Origin: Podarcis bocagei
Taxonomy: Eukaryota
Assembly (NCBI GenBank): GCA_964188305.1
Contig: OZ076886.1
Reading direction: 5' to 3' (one strand)
Length of the DNA: 64,000 bases
Shown here: positions 49,240 to 62,539 of the stretch, piece by piece
How positions within the stretch are numbered: position 1 is the stretch's first letter
Layout of the letters: every line of letters starts with the position of its first letter
Program-made: the position numbers and the translations under genes
Notes under the pieces: generated by a model
What the model saw: the letters and a program-made list of their open reading frames with translations, nothing else
Database searches by the model: none
Told to the model about the DNA's origin: nothing

Positions 49240-49597
49240 CTGCTATTTTATTTTGTTTATGAACTAAATTTCTATACTGCCCTTCATCTGAGGATCACGG
49301 GGCGGTTTACAATATAAAAACACAAAAATGCACTAATAAACAAAATCAGCAACTCTTCAAGACGTTTAAAAGGCCATAGATTGTTTAATTAGTCAAAGGC
49401 CTGGGAGAATAGGAATGTATTGCCTGGTGCCTAAAGATTTGTAATGAAGGCACCAGGCAGACCTCCCTGGGGAGATCATGCTACAAACAGGGAGCCACCG
49501 CAGCAAAGGCCTGTTCTTGTGTTTCTGCTCTCTGGACCTCTTGTGGAGGAGTCACACAAAGAAGGGTCTCAGATGACGATTGCAGGGTCTGAGTAGT
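49240..49597 (-). mobile_element. L2-like LINE 3' fragment
   Basis: TTCTATACTGCCCTTCATC...GGGCGGTTTACA terminus and AAAGGCCTGGGAGAA...CCTCCCTGGGGAG. Confidence 0.7.
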
Positions 49598-49751
49598 ATT
49601 GTAGAAGATGGCATTTCGACAAGGGTAGCTTGTATGAGAAGCTGCACCTGTTGAAATTCCCTGGTCTACATTACTGCTATTAAAGACCCTGCCCTCTTTT
49701 GTATCTGCCCACTCCGGCTGGGGTCTATTAGATTAGTAGTGGATGAATTAA

Positions 49752-49820
49752 TGTATTGCCAGATTATAGAGAGGGGAAACCAACTGTATTGCCAGATTAT
49801 AGAGAGGGGAAACCAACTGT
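49752..49820. repeat. Perfect 33-bp tandem duplication
   Basis: TGTATTGCCAGATTATAGAGAGGGGAAACCAAC x2 plus TGT. Confidence 0.95.
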
Positions 49821-51500
49821 GAAGTTTGAAATTATGCTATAACATTTACATGAGTAACTATGTATGTATTTTTAGCTATAGGTCTCCCCAGCAGAGTACA
49901 TGCAGTATTCATATCTCACATGCCATGTTGCCTGGGCAACATGAAGCTTAATTGCTCCTGCACCATTCAGCAGCAATGCCTTCAGGGGTGGGTGAGGGGG
50001 AATCCAAAAGCATGCATTTTTCTTTTTCAATATTTTTGCAGTTGAACACGTCTGGGATGTTGAATTCAGAGAAACCTGTCCCATCTCCCTTTACAAGATC
50101 ACACACACATTATGAATGCTGTTTAGGTTAGTCCTGGAAACTGCCTTGGATCATCTATGATGTTGCTAATAAAAGCAAATGTTTCCTAGGCTGTAACCCT
50201 CTCTAACAACTCTTAATGGCAAAATAATAGCAAGGAGCTGAGATGCCTCACACAGCTCCATGTGATGCATGCATTCCCTCTTTAGAAAAGGGGGTCAACT
50301 CTGCAAGAGCCTCTTGCACCAACTCTCATCAGTAAAATTTGCTTATTGGACTAGTGATCTGGAAGGCCAAGTTTGCTTATAGATCCCTCTGTGCCTTTAA
50401 CAGCATCACAGAAAATAAGCTGGTGAAGTTTACCCTCTCCCCCCTCCCTTTCTCCGTGCCAGAAAAAGCATCACTTTCTAAATTTGGGTGTACCGGGCTA
50501 CTATAAAAGCCAAAAGAGCAGACCTACATTGTCTTTTGCTGGGCTGTGTGTGTGTGCAGAATCAATGTTGCAGGCATCAACAAGCATGTCTCATTCTATT
50601 TTAGAGAACATTTTGCTTGCTGAAATTGTTGCCTTATAAATAAATATATAACCAAGCATCATTTTTGTATTTTAATGGACACCAATTTGTGAGCTCCTGT
50701 TAAAAAGACACACATAAAGTTCATAAACAGTAAAAAAAAAATACGTACTCTTCATTAGTGACTGACTCTATCTCCATGTGATTGGGGAGCCTGAGATTGT
50801 TCCTTGTTGTTAGAGCATTAAATGCCCACTGTTTCTTTGTTGTGCTAGGAAAATAGCTGAATTTGACTTTTTTTTGCTATGTTTAAATATTCCGAGCCTC
50901 AAGTTCTTTGTAGGTCATGACTATGGAAGCAATGCCCCATTTTCTGTGTTTTTCATGTTCTCCTTACAAAGACAGAGCAATTCTTACCCACCTCTAAAAT
51001 AGGTATATGTACCTACCATAGTGTTATACTATACCACATCATACAGCTAAATTGTGGGTTGCAACTTACATAGCCCAGCAGGAAATGATATCTTATTGTT
51101 AGCATATGGTTCCCTTATTAGTAGACACCTGGAGGGTTGCCTCCTGTATACCATGCTTGCCTTTAAAACACCCACCCACACACCCTTTTCCTTGAGTCCA
51201 GATTGCTCTGTGTGTGTGTTGTGGGAAGATAATTCACTGTGCAACTCCAAATTCTCAATTCTGGCAGGTGGCTGCATCAGTCCAGGTGGGGTGGGGTGTT
51301 GGGATCCAAAAGCAACAGGCATTACTACCAGGTAAGGATGTACAGGACTGTTGCCTAGCTGAAAATGTTAAACTTATGGTTTACAGTAAACAAAACTCAG
51401 TAATTTCCCCCCTGTTAGAATTTCTTCAGTGTGGTTTCTGGTAAAGTATTGTTATGAGTTTGTGGGTGCTAGGCACCCCTAAACTCCTGGAGCCAGTAAG

Positions 51501-52058
51501 TGTTAGAATTTAATCAAGGCTCAGGGTGTTAAAACTGGATGCCAGTCTCCAAGTGTATTCAGTTATGTGCCAGATACTTCTATTCCCCTGGAATCAGTCA
51601 GCTAATTCAGCTAAACTAAGCCTCCTGTTTCCAGGAAATCTGGAGTGATGGGCCATTAGGAGGACAAATGGAAGGTGATGAGCCATTAGGAAAGCCAAAG
51701 AGAAGGGGCTCTGGACAAATAGGAGGGGCCCCTCCCTCAACTCAATTAGAAGATAAAGCTAGAGCTTAAAGACGTTAGAGTTAGGAGTTATGTGACTGAG
51801 ACGCAAAGTAGCAAGCAGAGCACAATGTTGAATCTCTGCTAGGCTGCTCCTATGGAGGAAGCAAGACCCTCTTGGAGTGTTAATGCTGTGAGCCCCTCCA
51901 TTGTGAACTCAGGCTGCATATATGTGTAAATAAATCATATATCATAAAGACACCACAGTCTCCGCTGTGCCTCATTTCCAAAAGGAAACATGAACCCTAG
52001 GTAAGAGTGCCTGGAACCCCTGGAATCTTGCACCGCTCAGAGATTGGGGTGCGTATCG
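51501..52058 (+). mobile_element. Probable solo LTR
   Basis: Begins TGTTAG, ~560 bp, U3-like direct repeats (GTGATG.GCCATTAGGA x2), AATAAA at 51929-51934. Terminal CA and TSD not confirmed. Confidence 0.5.
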
Positions 52059-54673
52059 GAGATTGTTTTGAACATTGATTCTGTGACTTTCATTACGTTT
52101 TCTGCATATAAGCAGAAAGCTGCAAATTAATCTTTGCAGCCCCAGGCTTCTGTCAGAATGAGGAGACTATTTTAAATTTTAGGAAAGAAGAAAACCCCTA
52201 GTCCTAATGATTATTGAGAAAAGCTTGCAGTAACATACATGTATTAGGCTCAAAAATTAGTGGACAAAAACTGTGATTTCCAGGTAGATTATAATTCAAA
52301 GCAGCAGTGTAATATTTTGCAATAGAGAGAGTCTTAGGGAGAACTCTTGTTGTGCATCCCACCTAAAAGGAATTATTTCCTAATGACTGATACACCCCAC
52401 TGTAAACTGAAAGCAAGGGACTGTACAGAAGTGATCAGGTCTACTTGTCATGGATGGCCTTCTCCCTGTCTAACTTGCGTATCTTTAATGCAAATTGCAT
52501 GCACTTTAATATCCACATTGTATGCAAACCTCCATCCAATTTATGGTACATTTCCCAAAGGATAACACTTTTAAAGATGCCCACTGTTGCTTGGTCGGTT
52601 GAATGCCTAGTGCTGTAGATGCACCTGATGACCCATCCCTGCATTGCAGCAGCTTACAGATGTTTGCAATGCTCATTTTAGCCACTTGCCTGGGGAAGTT
52701 TATCAAACACTGAGCAAGCCACCAGTGGCCTGAGGATTGTGAATTTATAGGCCATTTGAGGCTTCATACCACTTGGAGCAGTTATCTGTGTTTCTGAAGA
52801 ATGTGGTTTGAGGATGGCAACTCCCCATGCCTCACCCTGACTTCTCTTGACACTTGGATAAACAAACAATGCCATAATTTAAGTCTCCTGGAGGCTCTGT
52901 AGAGACTCGAGGCAGGAAACACCTTCTGTTTCTTTGCAGCCAAGAACAGTTTGAGATGGTCTTTGGCGGGTGCAGGTTTTCCTTTGCTTGTGCTTGGAAG
53001 CTCCTGCTTCCCTTGACTCCCCCTTAACTTTCAAGAAAACTGTTCCTTTGCACGACCTGTTGAGACCCTGGGCATCCTGCGCTTGTGTTAGGAGGAGCAG
53101 GGGAAGGAAAACAATTGCTTTCAGCATTTAAGCCGTGTGGGTGGCATGATAGCTCTCTGCAAGAATTGAGGACACAGTGTACGCGAATCCTTCCTAAACA
53201 AACAGCTCTTGAATGTTCATTATGGGAGTCAATCAATTAGGTCTGTTCTGGCTAGGGTGATTATTACTAATGTTCTCTGCCTATTGGCTTTGAGGCAACC
53301 AGATCACAAGGCAAGGGAAAACCAAAACGTCTCTGACCAAGGCATGATTTGCTCTCAGCTAGTCCTGTGATGCTTAAAACTAGATTAGTTTCCCGTTCTT
53401 AAATAGAGCCTTTCAGTTACTGGATGGTGGGAGGAAAGAGTGTATAACTGGAACTGGTTAAAAAAGCATTGTGATAGAAAAAGGAGTGATTCCCATTGCA
53501 CTGCATGTAGTATTAGCATTTCAGTATGTTTTTGTCATGTACCTAGTAGTCTATTTCTCAAATAACATCCTTCTTTTTCTATTCACCCTCCCTTGAACAC
53601 TCCATAGAGTGGGAAGAGAGTATAATATAATCATGTATATTCATATGCCGTGCAGTTATGAGAAGGGGTAGGGTGAAAGGGGTGGATGGAGAGGAGTCGT
53701 ACCACAGTGTAGATGAGGAGGACAGAGGCTTCCAGGTAGGACTGAGCAGACTTCCCTCCCATGCTTCAGGTGTTAGGGCAGAGGTGGGGGAACTCCAGCC
53801 CAGGGGCCTAATTAGGCCAGGCAGGCCTCTCCATTTTGCCTGCTAGGCTGTTTCCGCCAAGCCACACCCACTTTCCCTACACCCACTGGGCGGGAAAAGA
53901 TGAGCAGGAAAACATGCACCTGGGCCAAAGGAGGTTTGCAGGCACCACTAATCAGCAGCACCTGTAAAGCCCTGTGCCTGTCCCATTGCAAGTGCATAGG
54001 AAGCCCCTAAGACCAGCTGACAATTATGGTAATTGGGTTTAGTTGAACTATGTGACTGTATTTCTAAGGGCACCTTCCTTTTAAGATTGAGGAAGTTAGG
54101 CCCCCATGTTTTTCAGCAGCAGGCCCAGAGGCATGAAGAGAAAGAACAATGGATCTTACCAGTTCTTAATAAAGACCATTTTATTTTAGTCTATTTGATG
54201 CCCTGTCTCTCCCCTGGAGCAACCATTAAGCAACACGTTGTATCAGGAGTGCATTAAGCTGTGGAATGCATAATTGCACTTTCAGGTCATTTCCCTTTAG
54301 TGTACAATCACACATGCAACCAAATCCTATTACCCTAATAGTAGGCATGAAAAGGAACAAGGAGGATGGGACATAAGGTCATAGAAAGGTGGCTTATAAA
54401 GACTTCACTGGGAGCTTTTGAAAGCTAACACAACACAGAGAAATTGGAAATAGATTTCAAGATAGCTTGGAAGCTACCGTAGCCGTCCAAGTTTCAAAGT
54501 GCCAGAGGCATAGGATGACAGTGATGTGGAATCCCTGCTGTTTAGAAAGATGCCAAATGAAAGTGTAATTAAGGATTTATCATGCCAGCCTCCTGTTGAT
54601 GCAACAATTTTATTTGCTTGCTTCGATTTTTGCTCTGCCTTATCCGGAGCTCAAGTTCGCTACATTTTTTAAA

Positions 54674-55707
54674 AATATATATATATTTTTATTAAAGTTT
54701 TCTTGGTTTACAAAGGTATGCGCTATGTCTCTTTTTTCAAGTTACATTTTCCATAGGTCAGTTTCATTTGTTGAGACATTAGGGCTACATTAGGAAGAAA
54801 AGGGGGGAAGAGGTGGAGGGGGGAAAGAAGAGTGGGGGTGGGGTCGGGAGGCGATGTTTCTAATTTGCTTAATGTATGTGTGGGGTTTTGTGTCAGCGTC
54901 ATTTGTGCTCTTTGCTATTCGCTTGTGCTCCTTTGGTGGTGAGAGAAATTGGAGTTGGCCTAGGGTGCGGTTGCTTGTTTGTGATTGGCTGTGGTAAACT
55001 TTGTTTTCGTGTTTGGGGTGGATGGGTGTTTTTGCATCAGGTTAGCCATATTGATTTGTAAGCTGTTGGTGGATTCTTATCATTGTCTTGTTGGGCTGTG
55101 TATGTGATAAAGGGGAGCCATACTGGGTTGAAGGTATCTTCTTCTATTTGTCCCCGTGTCAGTTTCAGTTTATTGGTTAATTTTTCTAGTAGGGCTGTTT
55201 CCCATACTATTTGGTACCATTGGTCCATGCTTACTCCTGACAGGTCTCTCCAGTGTCTGGCTATGATGTTTCTGGTTGCTGAGAGTAGGTGGGTTATGAG
55301 TTCTTTGTGATGTGAGTGGGCATTATTGTCTTGGAATATGTTTAGTAGGGCCAGTTCTGGGGTGATTTCTAATACCTGCTTAGTTTCTTTACATATTTCT
55401 TGTATGGCTGTTGTCCAAAATAGTTGGATTTTGGGGCATTCCCACCACATGTGTATGTATGTGTCTGTGGAGGTGCACCCTCTCCAGCATTTTGGTGAGG
55501 TTTCTGGGCATATTAGCGCTAATTTCCTTGGTGTTAAGTACCACCTGTAGATGAGTTTCAGAGTGAGTTCTCTCCTCCTTCTCGTTGACATGGATTTAAG
55601 GGGGGTGGTTTAGACCACATTCTGGTCCATTGAGTTGGGTTAATTTCATAGCCTATGTCGTCTTCCCAGTGTTTTTTTATTATGTCTAGGGGGTTTGTGG
55701 GGCTACA
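54674..55707 (-). mobile_element. L1-clade LINE 3' fragment (ORF2 C-terminal Cys-rich domain + 3' UTR)
   Basis: ORF 55037-55591: LKLIYRWYLTP..KCWRGC..DTYIHMWWECPKIQLFW (CCHC knuckle). Approximate TSD ACATTTTTT(T)AAA at both ends. Confidence 0.92.
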
Positions 55708-56149
55708 ACATTTTTTTAAACTTAACCCTCCCCTCTGAAAGCTTCCAAACAAACTAAATATAAAACACCATCATGTAAGCATACAATTCAATCTAAACCC
55801 ATATTAATTTTAATTGGGACTTCCACAGAGGGAGTATATCCCATGGGTTGTGTCTATTAGTCAGATCTCCTGCTCTGCAACTTTAATGGCTCCCCCAATT
55901 CTGCCACAGGACATGACCCTCACCTTATTTCATGGCATAGCGGCATAGCTCTTGACTTTTCTCCTCCCCTCCAACCAGCTTCACATTTTCTTGTGCACTA
56001 TGGGTGCAGCTGCTGCCTCATGGAATTGTCATTCACGGCATATTGGAGTGCCCCACTGCTGCTGCTTCTTTATTTAGAATATTAGCCTGTCCAACCCCCA
56101 CCCCCAACAGTACGTGTGCAACAGTACATTAAATTACCTGTTCATTAAA

Positions 56150-56287
56150 CTATTTCTGTAATTTCATGTTGTTTTAAACTGTTCTAAATATTGTGTAATA
56201 TTGTGTTTTAATATCAAACTTATGTTTTAAGTGTTGTAACCTGCCCTGGGACCTTAGGGTGAAGGGTGGGTAAACAACAACAACAAC
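56150..56287 (+). mobile_element. L2-like LINE 3' end
   Basis: T-rich UTR, then TGTAACCTGCCCTGGGACCTTAGGGTGAAGGGTGGGTAAA and (CAA)n. Confidence 0.6.
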
Positions 56288-57982
56288 CCTTTGCTGTAAG
56301 CCTTGATTAAACCAAGAAGGCTCTAATGAGCTACAGTTTTCTGTTTTGTCGGAACCTGGGAAGCTACGGTTGTTGTTTCATTCTGTTACTACTTGTTCAT
56401 GCTATTTTAGGTGGCGAGTTTGCTGTATTTTATATTTCTTTATTTTTATTTGAAATGTATTTGCTGCTTTTACTATTTTTTATTGCAAGTTGCCTTGAGA
56501 CTACAGAGTTAGGCAACAGAGTAAATAAATAATTTGCCCACTTTGGAATAAGATAGAATCTTAAAACGTGGTTTGAAGTTGCTTTAAATTCCTGACTTGC
56601 TCTGAAGCTGCTATGTATATTTTCCCGGATATTTATTATTTTATCTGAACCAGCTTACAGGAGCCATTTTTGGGTAAAGGGCATGCTAAAAGTGAACTTG
56701 AAGAGGCATGTTTGTGTTGTGGATGTGTTTGTTTTGTTTCTTTGTGACTAGTTAATATACAGTCCCATCCCTGGTTAACAGACACTTCCAGAAGGGGTAT
56801 AGAACACCATTTATATAATGCAAATTAAACATGAGACTAGTTGATGTAACGTAAAAAAGCTAAACAGTTTTAAAGGGATATGACTTAACCAGAGTAAGCA
56901 ATTATGAGTTGAAGCTTTGAAGCATTTCATTAGGCATAGGATATATCAATTGGGAATTCATTACAGTTGTTGGAGAAGGCCAGGGTTGTTTTTCTCAAAA
57001 TGCAACTGGGAAAGTAGGCTACCTGTATTACGGAGCTTGTATCATTGTTCATCTTGCCAGCTGCTGAAAAGTGATTAGCCTGTATTTATGTAAAACCTCT
57101 CATTATGAAATGCAGGAATCTTGACTGGTAGCACCAACTATTTCAATTTACATATACAATTCCTTCCAGTGACGCTGAACCTCAAGGGAATTTTTATATT
57201 TCCATAACTTTCTTTCCTTCTCTAGGCAGATAAATGTAGGTTATCCCTTTCAATGTGATCCTAAGCTCTTGAGAAGGAAGGTATGGTTGGTCGCCTGTCA
57301 GCAAAAAGGCAAAAGAAGGGCTGTGGAATTGCAGATTGATAAGCTCCTTGTGTCAAGAAGCTACCTTAGACAAACCTACAAAATAGTTTACTTTCCTATA
57401 ATAGGTTGGCCGTTTATGCTGCATACCGTCCATTGAGCCACACAGCAACACCCGTCATTCCCCAATTGAAGATGGTTTTTACTCGTAAACCATTGAAGCC
57501 TTTTGGGTAGGTTGCTATGGTGACAGATTGAAGTGGTGGAAACGAGTGACACAAAAAGGCTAAAACATGGAATGGGTTGTCAGGAAATATATGACGGCAG
57601 AAGGAGTGTTCAGATAAACATCCAACATGCATTGAGTTCAGGATTGTACCCTCTCAACATGCACATCCGGTAGTCTTGTGAAATGGCCCCACACCTGGTC
57701 TGAGGTATACAGAATTCTTCCACATGAGGATTCATTTGGAATCCCTCTTCACATGGGGGAGCTGTACACATGTACATCTGTATGTGCACAGGGCATAGAG
57801 CCCCCTTCACATGCCTGCTGAATGTGCATGACTTATGGCAGGAGGGCTTGGGGGACAGGTGCCTAGCGGCAGGGCTAAACACTGCAATCCCATGACCTTA
57901 CTCATTCATTATTTCAATAGATGAGGGATCAAGTGATCTCCATAGATCATAATTGCAGGTTGCAAACTGTCACTATACAGTA

Positions 57983-58059
57983 CCTGGCTATTGGCCCTGC
58001 TGGCTGGGGCTAATGGGAGTCCAGCAACATCTGGAGGGCCACAGGTTCCCCATCCACTG
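57983..58059. mobile_element. Half copy of the palindromic hAT/Charlie-like MITE
   Basis: GCTGGCTGGGGCTAATGGGAG..CCAGCAACATCTGGAGGGCCACAGGTTCCCCATCCACTG. Confidence 0.7.
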
Positions 58060-60635
58060 CCATAAAAAGACATTCTAAAGTGTGGAGGGAACAGTTTAAT
58101 AAGCATGGGTCAACACTCTTCAGGTATTAAGTGGCAATTCACTTGAATGTATAATGGAACTGGATTTCTTGAGCCATTAGTTTTTAAGGGATCCTCCTTA
58201 GATAGTGTTTGATGTTGATTACTGTAGTATTTCAATTCTTTGTACCTTTTGGTTGGCTTATGATTATACCCTTGGTTTTATATTAAAGTAATTCTTTTGT
58301 GAACAGGACACTGAAAATATTCACATGCACCCGAACAAATATATTTGATGCTGTTTCCAGCATCCACTTTCTTAATCTAATGTATTTTGGAACAGCAAAA
58401 CCTGGCCCTTTGGTGCCCCTCCTTCCTCCAGGGCATGAAGGAGGTACGCCACTTTGGTCTCCTGAAATCACTCTTGCCCCTAGGTTTGTCCTTCTCTTCC
58501 CAGAAAAGTAAGAGTAAGGCGGGGAAGAGTAAGGTGGGGAACTGAATCCACTGCCCTCCTGCAGGCCAAGATTGACAGATGGGTGTCATGTGACCCATTT
58601 TGCCCATGCCAAGTACCAGTTGATCAGGAAAAAAAGAAGAGGTGATGTCTTATTGCCTTCATGTGGTGGTGATACTGGAGAAGGAAAACTCACAAAAGAC
58701 TTTAATCCCCAAAGAACCAATGTAGGATGTCTGAATGGTGGGAAGAGAGTCAGTGAAATTTAGATATGCCAGATTTCCATTCAAGGCTCAGGCCAAGGTA
58801 GAATTCTCCCACCTGCTCGATCAGGGGAACAAAAAGAGTGGAAGACAAACTGACAATCTGCTCTAGTACTAGGGTAAAATTAGACAACCTGAAAGGAACA
58901 TTAGACACTCTCAATTTTCCGCCTTTGTGTCTGAACGTGTGGGAGAGAAAGCTGGACGGAGGTGTTGGCTGTCAAAATAATAGTCGCTCTGACAAAATAA
59001 TGGGGCTGCACTTATTTTTCTCAAGAAAAGGCTTAGGGAAATACACTGCACTGATTGCCTTTGTTTCATGCTTGATGTATTCTGCATCGTTATTATTTGG
59101 ATTTTGCTCATTCCCCACCCAAGTCCTGCTGACAAAATATTAATCGCTTCAGGACTTCATGCAAGCCTGTTCCCCAAAAATATGGAGATTAGCTTTCCTC
59201 TTCTTCCTTTTCTTCTTGGAAAACAATTGCATTCTGAGTGGTTGGCTTTGCTGTATGAGACGTCAGTACGGTAACATGTCCTGAGACCTTCAGATATGGC
59301 AAGCATGATAAATCTAAATGAATACTCTTATAGGTAACGTAAGGTCACTGCTGTAGTGCATCAAGGATGGATGAGGGAAGCATAACTCCTCCACTGATTT
59401 ATGCCCCTAGATGAAAAATACAAAGTGGAAATGTAAGGTGTGTGGCACTTCCTTGAAAGCTTCATTGAAATAAATGGGACTTGTGTGGGAGCAACTCTTT
59501 GTGCCACTGTTCCTTTGGAAAGCAAAAAAGCAAGCTGCTTTTTAGAACATGGTAATCCAGCTGCACACGACCACAACCCTTCTGTACTCTAATGCCTTTT
59601 AAAGCCATATAATTATATCTGCCCCACTTCCCTCAGAACTGTGAATTAGAGGAAGGGGAATTTCCCTTCTGGAAAGCAGCCCCCTGCCTTTTGCTCTCTA
59701 ACAAGGAGCATTTCCCCCTGTCCACCCTAATGTATGCACACACTTTCTTTCTCAAAAGAGCATGTTTTATTTCAGCAAGAGCATCCTTGATTTATTTATT
59801 TTTTAAATGGACAGGTTTAGCATTTGCCTTGGTGAGCAAATGGCCTACATGTATCTAGATTGGTTAAAGTCTCTTTTTAAAAAAACGAATTTGTATAATT
59901 AGTTTCATAGTAGATCTTTTGGTTTTGTATCTCTGCTGAATACTACACTTGGTATGCCATCATCTTCCCCTGCATTTTCTGGAGGCTGTTGATCACCTTT
60001 GTGTCAGTTGTAGGTCATATTATTTCACTCTGTTTTTCTTTCCTTGACAAAGTCCAGTCTAAGGAACCAAGTTTGGCCACGTTCTTACAAATCACTGTTC
60101 TATCTCTTTTAAAAATTGTTCAACCTGTGTCAGGGGAAAAAAACTACCAATCAGAATATGCCTTAATATAATGTACACTTGTGGACATGTTAATGAGGTG
60201 CTTTTGCTGTGGCAGATTTTGCATACAGTGATGTAATTATTTAATAAGCCATCACCTGGACCAGTTAGATTAAATCACGTTATTTGGTACATGTGTTATT
60301 AGATAACATGGTGTGATGCAAATGTCCATGTATGACATTGTGTGGTATCAGTCAAAGATCAACACCCCCAAAAGCACCTTGATTAGTACCTGGTTGGGCT
60401 AATTTTAGTGCACATGTTGTAGCATGTTATCTGGTATCTAATATCAGCTGATAACAACATAAAACAAGTATCTCCATCATCTTAAATGAATTTCGAAGCC
60501 ACCCTAATTATAGATAATTATAGCAAGTGTGTCCTCAGATACAACAATAGACCAAGCCATAAGGAAAAGCAGAAGGCACTTTCTTTATACTGTGCAACAG
60601 TTGCAAAAAAGGCTTTACTTTTACAACAAACAGGA

Positions 60636-61011
60636 GTAATAATAATAATAACAACTTTTTTATTTATATGCTGCCCATCTGACTGGGTTGCCCCAGCCAC
60701 TCTGAGTGGCTTCCAACAGGATATTAAAAACACAATAAAACATCAAACATTTAAAACTTCCCTATACAGTGGTACCTCAGGTTAAGCACTTAATTTGTTC
60801 TGGAGGTCCGTTCTTAACCTGAAACTGTTCTTAACCTGAGGTACCACTTTAGCTAATGGGGGCCTCCTGCTGCTGCCGTGGCGCCGCGGCGCGTTTTCTG
60901 TTCTCATCCTGAAGCAAAGTTCTTAACCCGAGGTATTATTTCTGGGTTAGCGGAGTCTGTAACCTGAAGCGTCTGTAACCTGAGGTACCACTGTACAGGG
61001 CTGCCTTCAGA
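60636..61011 (-). mobile_element. L2-clade LINE 3' end interrupted by a pogo-like MITE
   Basis: Matches 720-870. AAAACTTCCCTATA|MITE|TACAGGGCTGCCTTCAGA restores the sequence seen at 837-867. Confidence 0.85.
60767..60993 (+). mobile_element. pogo/Tigger-like MITE, subfamily B
   Basis: TA flanks and perfect TIR CAGTGGTACCTCAGGTTA. Confidence 0.93.
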
Positions 61012-62161
61012 GCTCAATTGAACAAAGTAGACTTAAGCTCCAAGGAAGCAAGCACAGAATTGTGCTACAAACCTGCAGACCTATGTACACACATCTTATA
61101 ATAAGCCCTGCTGAATGAAGCAGGACTTCTGAGTAAACATACATAGGAACCTGATACACGTTATACAACAGACCAAAGTAACAGGGTTGGGTTTATTTTC
61201 CCTAGGTAGTTTTCTCTCTCTCTCTTTTGAATGCCCATATGAATGGCTAGCTAAATAGCCAAAAGATCCTTGGAGATGAGTCTGGAGGAGATGCCCGTCC
61301 ACATGACTATCACTGATGTGTATGCATAATACTGGGGTACCACCTAAGCTTATATTTTAATAAACCTATGGTGTTTAAGGGATGGTGGTGGTAGTAGTAT
61401 AAAGGCAGAACAAAAGGCAACTTTCAACCTGTGATCCTATACATCAAGGTTTTTGTCTAGAATAATATGCACAGAATAGCCCCATCTTGAGTGCAGTATA
61501 AATTCACAAAAAAGATCGCACTTGTATTATAATTGTGTTGCAGTCAGCCTTATGGATGGGTCACAGAGCTTCGAGCACATTAGGACGGCCTGAAACTAGG
61601 CATCAAGGAGCTCCATGAAGTAAGAATGCTTGAAAATGGCAACTAAGTGTGTGCTTATACAAAACAGGAGAATCATTTCACAATGAACTCCTAAGAAACT
61701 CACATTTCAGGAGTAAACATCCTTGAAATTGACCTTACTAGGAATGACTCAAGAGAATAATAGAGGGGCAAAATTACCCTTGACTGAATAAAGGAAACAG
61801 CAGGCTCATAGAAACACATACGCCACTGTGGTGTTAACTATTGCAGTAAAACAACAACCTGTAAGGTTTGGGAGACTCTACATATGCCTAGATATTTTGT
61901 CACATTTTTAGAAGACTAAAGTAGTAAGATCTGTTGTATAATCTGAGGCAGCTGAATAAAATGACTTCCCAGAGTATATTTTAATAGTCACAGTAGATAC
62001 ATTTGATTTTCTGGAATTAGAAGCCATTATTTTACCTAATGGTTGTGTAGCATACATAATGTTCAGCCTTTCAAATCATCACCCAGCTGCCTAACAGGGA
62101 GCAGGAAACTTCTACCAGCTTTTAGCCTTTCTTAAATTCTACCCCTTTTGTATTCTTCATA

Positions 62162-62403
62162 CAGTGGTACCTCGGGTTACATACGCTTCAGGTTACATAC
62201 GCTTCAGGTTACAGACTCCGCTAACCAAGAAATAGTGCTTCAGGTTAAGAACTTTGCTTCAGGATGAGAACAGAAATCGTGCTCCAGCAGCGTGGCAGCA
62301 GCAGGAGGCCCCATTAGCTAAAGTGGTACCTCAGGTTAAGAACAGTTTCAGGTTAAGAACGGACCTCCAGAACGAATTAAGTACTTAACCTGAGGTACCA
62401 CTG
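62162..62403 (-). mobile_element. pogo/Tigger-like MITE, subfamily B
   Basis: TA flanks. TIR CAGTGGTACCTC[G/A]GGTTA. One extra copy of the subterminal GGTTACATACGCTTCA unit. Confidence 0.93.
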
Positions 62404-62468
62404 TACTTACTTCCACTGAAGAAAACTGTTCTTGCTATGCTTGTATACTAATGGTTTTACAAAGGTAG

Positions 62469-62539
62469 CTGCATTGCAGGGGGTTAGACTAGATGACCCT
62501 GGGGGGTCCCATGCAACTCTACAATTCTATGATTCTATG
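62469..62539 (+). mobile_element. CR1-type 3' tail (LINE or SINE)
   Basis: CTGCATTGCAGGGGGTTAGACTAGATGACC...AACTCTACAATTCTATGATTCTATG. Confidence 0.75.
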
